The position numbers and the translations under genes were made by a program. A stretch of DNA of 64,000 nt, from positions 4,960,001 to 5,024,000 of the forward strand of contig OZ251539.1 of the NCBI GenBank assembly GCA_965243135.1, read 5' to 3'. The DNA is from Alphaproteobacteria bacterium (lineage in GTDB: Bacteria > Pseudomonadota > Alphaproteobacteria > MPNO01 > UBA830). Under the pieces are notes generated by a model. The model was given only the letters and a program-made list of their open reading frames with translations, was not told the DNA's origin and did no database searches. This document shows positions 57,889-64,000 of this stretch, piece by piece (within the stretch, counting starts at the first letter, position 1; every line of letters begins with the position of its first letter).

Positions 57889-59580
57889 TCAACCCGCAGC
57901 CGCCGCGCGCGCCGCCGCATGCATCGCGATCCGGTAGCCGAACACCACCGCGGGCCCCAGCGTGATGCCCGGTCCGGGATAGGTTCCGGCCATGACGGAC
58001 GCCATGTCGTTTCCGCAGGCGTAGAGTCCGTCGATGGCCGCGCCGTCGGCGTCCAGCACTTCGCCGTCCGCCGTCGTCGCGAGCCCGACGCTGCAGCCGA
58101 TCTCCGCGGGCCAGACGGCGACGGCGACGAAAGGCGGGGTTTCGATGGGCGCGAGGCACGGGTTGGGCTCGTTGCGCGGATCGCCGTTGAAGCGGTTGAA
58201 GGCATCGTCCCCCTTTCCGAAATCAGGATCGGAACCCTCCGCCGCGAAACGGTTGTGACGCGCCACGGTATCCGCGAGCCCCGCGCGGTCCACCCCGATC
58301 AGGCGGGCGAGTTCCTCGACCGTTCCGGCGGCGGTGACGTAATCCGCGAAGCGCCGCAGACGCCGCGTGCCCGGATGGATGGCGCCGAGTCCGTACTTGC
58401 GGACGAACGCGCCGTCGCAGACCAGCCAAGCGGGCATCGTGTTCGTCACTTCATGGGACCGATACATGCCCTCCACGAAATCGTGGTAGGACGCGGCTTC
58501 GTTGACGAAGCGCCGGCCCGCCGAGTTGACCGCGATCAATCCGGGTTTGGCGCGATCGAGCGAAAGATGCGGGAACAACCCTTCGCCGCCGTCGCGCCGC
58601 CTCGTGACCGAAACCGGCGACCAAAAGGCGCTCGAGCGGTAGCCTCGCTTCCTGATGTCCGCCCCCGCCCGCGTCGCCATTTCCAGCCCGTCTCCGGCGT
58701 TGGCGGCCGCGGCCATCGAGCGGGGCGGCGCGGACGCGGGCATGAACTCGGCCCGGAACGCGGGGTTATGAGCGAATCCGCCGGTCGCGAGCACTACCCC
58801 CCGTCGCGCCCGGATACGGCGCCCGTCCTCGCCGACAGCCGCGCCGACGACGCGGCCGCCGTCGCGAATCAACTCGACGACCGGCGCGCCGAACAAGACA
58901 GGGACGCCGCGCTTGCGAAGACCGTAAAACAGGCGCGCGACCAGAGCGTTTCCCATCGTCAGCCGCGTGCCGCGACGGTAGCGCAACCTGTCGGCCGCGT
59001 AACGCAGCACGAGACGCGCCGCATGAACCAGATTGCGCGGCGAAGCGTAGCGCCCGATCAGCGGACCGATATCTTCCTTCGACACCATCATGCCGCCGAA
59101 CAGCATGAATTCGTCTATCGGCGGACGAACGCGGTCGAAATCCTCTCCGAGGAGGCGGCCGTCGAAAATCTCGGGCACGATGGCGCGGCCGCCGATGGCC
59201 GCGCCGGGCTGGTTGTTGCGATAATCGGGATGCTCGCCGCAGGGCACGAACCGCAGACCGGCGCGGGAAACGAGATAATCGATGGCGTCCGGTCCGTCGC
59301 TCAGAAACACGGCGCGAAGTTCCGCGCCGTCCGCGGCGCCGACGAGTCCGTCGAGATACCGCGCCGCGTCGTCGGGCGAATCCGCATAGCCGGTGTCGCG
59401 GCTTTGCCGGTTGCCGGGTATCCAGAGCGTTCCCGCCGACGTCGCCCCGGTGCCGCCGACCTGCTCCGTTTTCTCGCAGACGACGACCTCCAGACCCTCC
59501 GTCGCCGCCACAAGGGCGGCCGCCATCCCGGCCGGTCCGGCGCCCGCCACGAGCAAATCGGTCTCCCGATCCCATGCCAT
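57889..59580 (-). CDS. FAD-dependent oxidoreductase (fumarate reductase/3-ketosteroid dehydrogenase-like)
   Basis: GAGPAG, GGTGATSAGTLWIP, LATGGF, GRRFVNE and GLYACGND..YPGPGITLG motifs. GGAGAGG RBS precedes MAWDRETD. Confidence 0.9.
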   Translation of the reverse strand: MAWDRETDLLVAGAGPAGMAAALVAATEGLEVVVCEKTEQVGGTGATSAGTLWIPGNRQSRDTGYADSPDDAARYLDGLVGAADGAELRAVFLSDGPDAIDYLVSRAGLRFVPCGEHPDYRNNQPGAAIGGRAIVPEIFDGRLLGEDFDRVRPPIDEFMLFGGMMVSKEDIGPLIGRYASPRNLVHAARLVLRYAADRLRYRRGTRLTMGNALVARLFYGLRKRGVPVLFGAPVVELIRDGGRVVGAAVGEDGRRIRARRGVVLATGGFAHNPAFRAEFMPASAPPRSMAAAANAGDGLEMATRAGADIRKRGYRSSAFWSPVSVTRRRDGGEGLFPHLSLDRAKPGLIAVNSAGRRFVNEAASYHDFVEGMYRSHEVTNTMPAWLVCDGAFVRKYGLGAIHPGTRRLRRFADYVTAAGTVEELARLIGVDRAGLADTVARHNRFAAEGSDPDFGKGDDAFNRFNGDPRNEPNPCLAPIETPPFVAVAVWPAEIGCSVGLATTADGEVLDADGAAIDGLYACGNDMASVMAGTYPGPGITLGPAVVFGYRIAMHAAARAAAAG

Positions 59581-59803
59581 AATCGTCCTCTCCCGCACCG
59601 CCAAAGCCAACAGACAATAAGGGATTCCTGCGAAACGAGACATGGCGTTTTTCCCTGCGGCGCCTTTCGCCTTGCCGCAGCCCGGCAGGCGCGACGTCCG
59701 CCGCGCGCGCCGACGCCGCGCTCTTCCGAAATCGCCGAGGGGACCGCGCGCGCCGGTTCCGCTGCATGGGCAGAACTCCTCCGCCTCCATGGCCGGGCCG
59801 TTT

Positions 59804-61603
59804 CAGTCAAGCAACGGTCAAACAAACTATCGGTTTATTTTCAGCGCGTTGCGGCGGAAACGCGCGTCGCGGACCATTGCCAGTCCAACAACCGTCAGGC
59901 ATAGGCGAAGGGGTTTTCTCTCTCGGCATCCCCGGGGCCGCCGCACGACGGAACTTCCAAGGGGCTGCCCGGCACCTGCGCCCTGCTTCGCGTGGAGTTA
60001 GAACAGATCGATGTCCGAGGCGACGAGCGCTTCCGAAGCACGGTTCCAGTCAAGCAACGGTCAAGCAAATATTCGGTTCATTTTCAGCGCGTTGCGGCGA
60101 AAACCCGCGTCGCGGATCATTGCCAGTCAAACAACCGTCAGGCAAAGGCGAGAGCCTTTAGCCCCCGACATCGCCCGGACCCGCCCGCGAGCAGGCTTAC
60201 GGACAGCTGTCAGGCGGTCACGCCCTGGCCCGCATGGAGCCAGTACGGATCGACGCCCAAGGCCACGAGCGTTTTCAGCGGACAGTTCCAGTCAAGCAAC
60301 GGTCAAGCAAACTATCGGTTTATTTTCAGCACGTTGCGGCGGAAACGCGCGTCGCGGACCATTGCCAGTCAAACAACCGTCAGGCAAAGGCGAAGGAATT
60401 TTCTTTCTCGGCATCCCCGGGATCGCCGCACGACGGAACTTCCAAAGGGCTGCCCGGCACCTGCACTCCGTTCCGCGTGGAGTTAGAACAGATCGACGTC
60501 CAAGGCGACGGACGTTTCCGGCGGCCAGTCTCAGTCAAGCAACGGTCAAGCAAATATTCGGTTCATTTTCAGCGCGTTGCGGCGGAAACCCGCGTCGCGG
60601 ATCATTGCCAGTCAAACAACCGTCAGGCAAAGGCGAAGGGATTTTCTCTCTCGGCATCCCCGGGATTGCCCACAAGCGAGGCTTGGCCGCCCGGCGACCG
60701 TGTCCTGCCTCGCGTGGGGCCAGAATAGATCCTCTTGGCGTCCGAGGCGACGAACGCTTCCGGCGGACAGTTCCAGTCAAGCAGCAGTCAAGCAAACTAT
60801 CGGTTTATTTTCAGCGCGTTGCGGCGAAAACCCGCGTCGCGGACCATTGCCAGTCAAACAACCGTCAGGCAAGGACGAAGGAATTTTCTTTCTCGGCATC
60901 CCCGGGATCGCCGCACGACGGAACTTCCAAAGGGCTGCCCGGCACCTGCGCTCCGTTCCGCGTGGAGTTAGAACAGATCGACGTCCAAGGCGACGAACGT
61001 TTCCGGCGACCAGTCCCAGTCAAGCAACGGTCAAGCAAATATTCGGTTCATTTTCAGCGCGTTGCGGCGAAAACCCGCGTCGCGGATCATTGCCGGTCAA
61101 ACAACCGTCAGGCAAAGGCGAGAGCCTTTAGCCCCCGACATCGTCCGGACCCGCCCGCGAGCAGGCTTACGGACAGCTGTCAGGCGGTTACGCTGGCCCG
61201 CATGGAGCCAGTACGGATCGACGCCCAAGGCCACGAGCGTTTTCAGCGGACAGTTCCAGTCAAGCAACGGTCAAGCAAACTATCGGTTTATTTTCAGCGT
61301 GTTGCGGCGAAAACGCGCGTCGCGGACCATTGCCAGTCAAACAACCGTCAGGCAAAGGCGAAGGGATTTTCTCTCTCGGCATCCCCGGGATTGCCCACAA
61401 GCGAGGCTTGGCCGCCCGGCGACCGTGTTCTGCCTCGCGTGGGGCCAGAATAGATCCTCTTGGCGTCCGAGGCGACGAACGCTTCCGGCGGACAGTTCCA
61501 GTCAAGCAGCAGTCAAGCAAACTATCGGTTTATTTTCAGTGCGTTGCGGCGGAAACCCGCGCCGCGGATCATTGCCGGTCAAACAACCGCTAGGCAAAAG
61601 CGA
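59804..61603. repeat. Non-coding tandem array: 8 conserved ~105-bp cores separated by 7 ~135-bp variable segments of three types
   Basis: Cores start at 59804, 60047, 60289, 60532, 60774, 61017, 61257 and 61499 (periods 243, 242, 243, 242, 243, 240, 242). Core consensus: cagtcaagcaacggtcaagcaaa(ctat/tatt)cggttyattttcagcgcgttgcggcgraaacscgcgtcgcggaycattgccagtcaaacaaccgtcaggcaaaggcga. Confidence 0.95.
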
Positions 61604-61979
61604 AGACGCTTCTTTCGATATACGCGATCAAGCAGGGCTGGACGTAGATGCCTGCGAATTCGGTCGGAAGCCGATGTTCCGTGCACATTAGCGAAAACGC
61701 CATGCGTGCCTCTCTCGGCAGCGGCTGCCTCACGATGTTTCCAGACCGACCTCGAGAGCCAACGGTTACGGCGCAAAAGCCATCCGTTAGCATAACCGGA
61801 GATCCGGTTTGTCAATGACCTCCGAAGCTTGGGAGGCTCAAGGGCCCTGCCCTCACAGACACATGGACAGGAGCACCTTGGGTCTACGCCTCAAGAGACC
61901 GAATATCGTATAATCACTGACGTGCCGAAAGGTACCAAGTCCTGCTACATTACTTTCGTAAACTCGCTCGGCTGGCCCT

Positions 61980-63656
61980 ATGACCTACATCAAACCCCAA
62001 GAGGTAAGGAGTCCCAAGAAACGCTGGCGCCTGATTCGCGTATTGCATGATGGCGGCATTGGCGAATGGTCTGTAGCGGAGGGGCAATGGTCCCGGGGTG
62101 GTCGGTGGCGCGATGTCCTAGCTATCCGCTGGAACGGCGATAGTTCCCGTAGGGGAATAGGCAGCCCGCAGGCACACGGCCGACCGACCTGGTTCATCGT
62201 TCCCGACGAAATGGAAGCGGCGATGCGCTCGGTCATTGCATCTGTCGCTGAACCAATGGCGTGCACTTTCTCCTTCTTCGTCTCCGCTAATTGGAGCAAG
62301 AAGGAAAGGGAGCGTTCCGTCCATGTTGCCGATCTGCACGGTCGGCGCATTCGCCACGAGGGGACCTGCTGGACACTGAAGACCCTGCTCGATCTGGCGC
62401 GGGATCAAGACGGGGCGGTATTGGTAGGGGTGGATGCTGCGTTGGGAGTGCCGGACAGCTTTTGGCGAAAAGTGCCGAAGACCGGTGGCCGCCCCGTCTC
62501 GTTCATCGATTGGCTACGCGGACTCGATCCAGACTCCGATTTCTTCGCGAAAACCGTGCGCAACGCTGCAGAATGGCGAGTTTATCATCCTTTCTTCCAC
62601 ATTACGGGCGGCGATGGGTCGATGACGGCATTCAACGACTTGTTGCCGGGCGGCTTCCTCCGCAAGATCGACCGTCGCACCCACGCCAAGCCGATATTTG
62701 CCGCGAGCGGCATTTCGGGGATTGCGGGATCCGGGACCCGCGCTCTGTGGCGGGAACTGGTGCCGCTTCTTCGCGAGGACCGCGATTTCGCGGTCTGGCC
62801 CTTCGAGGGGGATTTGTCGGATCTTGCCTCCCGCAAGAAGATCGTTCTCGCCGAAATCCATCCCGGGATTGCCCATGGGACAACGCTTGCCAACCCGACT
62901 GGCCCCGTCAAGGTGACCAGGAACAAGCTCGAAAAAAGAAACGAGGCGTGCGATCTCCTGGAGAATGTCGAGTGGGCTCGCGATGTTGATTTGGGCGATC
63001 TGCGTTTCGCCCGTGAAGACAAGAACGCGTTCGATTCGCTTTTCATGGCAGCAGCTGTACTGCGTTGCACCATTGAGGGGAAAGCTCTTTTTTCCTCGCC
63101 CTGGATTGACCGGCAGGTAGAAGGAGGAACGCTGCTTGTCGGCCCTCCGGTGACGGGGCAGGCGGGAAAATATCAATCCGAGGGGCTTCCGGGGGCGTCG
63201 AACGACGCCGCCGATTTCCCTCCCCCGCAGGGAGGCATGGCTGTCCCTTTGGAGGCGCCCGCTGACCGGCGCGAGCGGTTTGAGGTGCCGGAAAAACTCG
63301 CGGCGTTTATCCGGTCGAAAGATCTAGACACGATAGGGGCTTCCGAAGCCGCCGAGCGTCTGAAGGTTTCGCGTACGACGGTTTATCACTGGGCGACGAG
63401 GAAAAGACTTCTTGCCTGGACCTCGGACAAGCGTGGCGTGACAATTCCTGCGGAGCAGATTCTCGGTCCGGGCTGTGTCGTACCGGGCCTCCCCAAGGTC
63501 TTGGACGTTATCGACGACCCAGAATTGGCATGGGCGTTCTTAACTCAGAACTGGCCGTTCTCCGACGTGGTAGCCCGTCCTCTCGACAAACTTGCATGCG
63601 GTCAGATCGATGAAGTCGTCGACGCAGCTCCCGGCTTCGGTACGATCTTCACATGA
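61980..63656 (+). CDS. Three-module fusion: unknown Trp-rich N-domain + DUF429-like RNase H-fold domain + HTH/antitoxin-like C-domain
   Basis: N-domain: YIKPQEVRSPK..LAIRWNG..GSPQAHGRPTWF. Middle: SANWSK..VGVDAALGVP..VWPFEG..LAEIHP..AFDS..EGG. C-domain: ASEAAERLKVSRTTVYHW..LAWAFLTQ..RPLDKL. Confidence 0.7.
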   Translation: MTYIKPQEVRSPKKRWRLIRVLHDGGIGEWSVAEGQWSRGGRWRDVLAIRWNGDSSRRGIGSPQAHGRPTWFIVPDEMEAAMRSVIASVAEPMACTFSFFVSANWSKKERERSVHVADLHGRRIRHEGTCWTLKTLLDLARDQDGAVLVGVDAALGVPDSFWRKVPKTGGRPVSFIDWLRGLDPDSDFFAKTVRNAAEWRVYHPFFHITGGDGSMTAFNDLLPGGFLRKIDRRTHAKPIFAASGISGIAGSGTRALWRELVPLLREDRDFAVWPFEGDLSDLASRKKIVLAEIHPGIAHGTTLANPTGPVKVTRNKLEKRNEACDLLENVEWARDVDLGDLRFAREDKNAFDSLFMAAAVLRCTIEGKALFSSPWIDRQVEGGTLLVGPPVTGQAGKYQSEGLPGASNDAADFPPPQGGMAVPLEAPADRRERFEVPEKLAAFIRSKDLDTIGASEAAERLKVSRTTVYHWATRKRLLAWTSDKRGVTIPAEQILGPGCVVPGLPKVLDVIDDPELAWAFLTQNWPFSDVVARPLDKLACGQIDEVVDAAPGFGTIFT

Positions 63657-63835
63657 ACGAATCCGCTTATCCGCGGATCATGGCCATTCTCTCTCAAGTC
63701 GAACTTCCGGCCAAGACCCTATCGTATTTTGATCGAGTTCTCCAAATATTTCCATCGATTATCGTGTCCGTGCACAAAAGCAAGGGTGGCAACCTTCAAG
63801 AAACTTCATCAAGATTGGCCCAAAAGGGAAAATAG
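63653..63835 (+). CDS. Short ORF translationally coupled to the fusion gene; possibly a truncated toxin partner
   Basis: ATGA overlap at 63653-63656. Only 60 aa, and its 3' end overlaps the convergent gene. Confidence 0.35.
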   Translation: MNESAYPRIMAILSQVELPAKTLSYFDRVLQIFPSIIVSVHKSKGGNLQETSSRLAQKGK

Positions 63836-64000
63836 TGTCGGTCCCTCGTACCTGCTTCCGGATTTGCAACAACAATGAGACCAGCTTTTACTGCATCGCC
63901 GAATATCCGAGAAACCATCGACGCGTTTTTTCTGGAGATTCCGAAGCGGTTACGTAGAGAATAATTAGTCATTCTCCGACGATTTACATATTGCAAACAG
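63796..64000 (-). CDS. C-terminal end of a probable AlbA_2/ATP-binding transcriptional regulator-type protein (5'-partial)
   Basis: CLQYVNRRRMTNYSLRNRFGISRKNASMVSRIFGDAVKAGLI...YFPFWA resembles the wHTH C-terminus of that family. The frame continues off the right edge. Confidence 0.65.
   Translation of the reverse strand, partial: CLQYVNRRRMTNYSLRNRFGISRKNASMVSRIFGDAVKAGLIVVANPEAGTRDRHYFPFWANLDEVS

Noticed and set aside
59804-61603. CRISPR array interpretation of the repeat array
   Set aside because: The repeats (~105 bp) and spacers (~135 bp) are far too long, the spacers recur and are mutually homologous, and no cas genes are present in the window.
59766-61795. ORFs across the array (e.g. 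60011-61453, 480 aa)
   Set aside because: The same DNA unit is read in changing frames because periods of 242 break frame. There is no consistent peptide repeat or RBS.
61579-61815. Small minus-strand ORFs between the array and the fusion gene
   Set aside because: They are short with no recognisable motif or RBS. They could be a gene remnant, but I cannot support that.

Overview
GC-rich bacterial DNA, plausibly from an alphaproteobacterium. The giant Ig/Calx-beta autotransporter and the IS types resemble those of marine-invertebrate symbionts, but that is inference. From left to right the window holds: (i) a 2OG-Fe(II) oxygenase-domain gene running off the left edge, an FMN alpha-hydroxy-acid oxidase and a cysteine-dioxygenase-like cupin; (ii) a single 31.3-kb gene encoding a 10,419-aa repeat adhesin with a C-terminal beta-barrel and multi-kb internal duplications; (iii) a ~20-kb minus-strand catabolic cluster (FAD oxidoreductase, LeuC/D-like dehydratase, hydantoinase/oxoprolinase B and A, two Mo-hydroxylase large subunits plus FAD and 2Fe-2S subunits, amidohydrolase). 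The cluster is punctuated by two IS elements with readable IRs and TSDs, an IS-split HicB/HicA-like pair, a decayed vapBC and an integrase scrap; (iv) a non-coding mosaic array of eight ~105-bp conserved cores at ~242-bp spacing, followed by a three-module fusion gene (unknown domain + DUF429-like RNase H fold + HTH/antitoxin-like), a short overlapping partner ORF and the 3' end of a convergent gene. I recognised no rRNA, tRNA or CRISPR array. All family assignments are by-eye motif recognition, not database searches.
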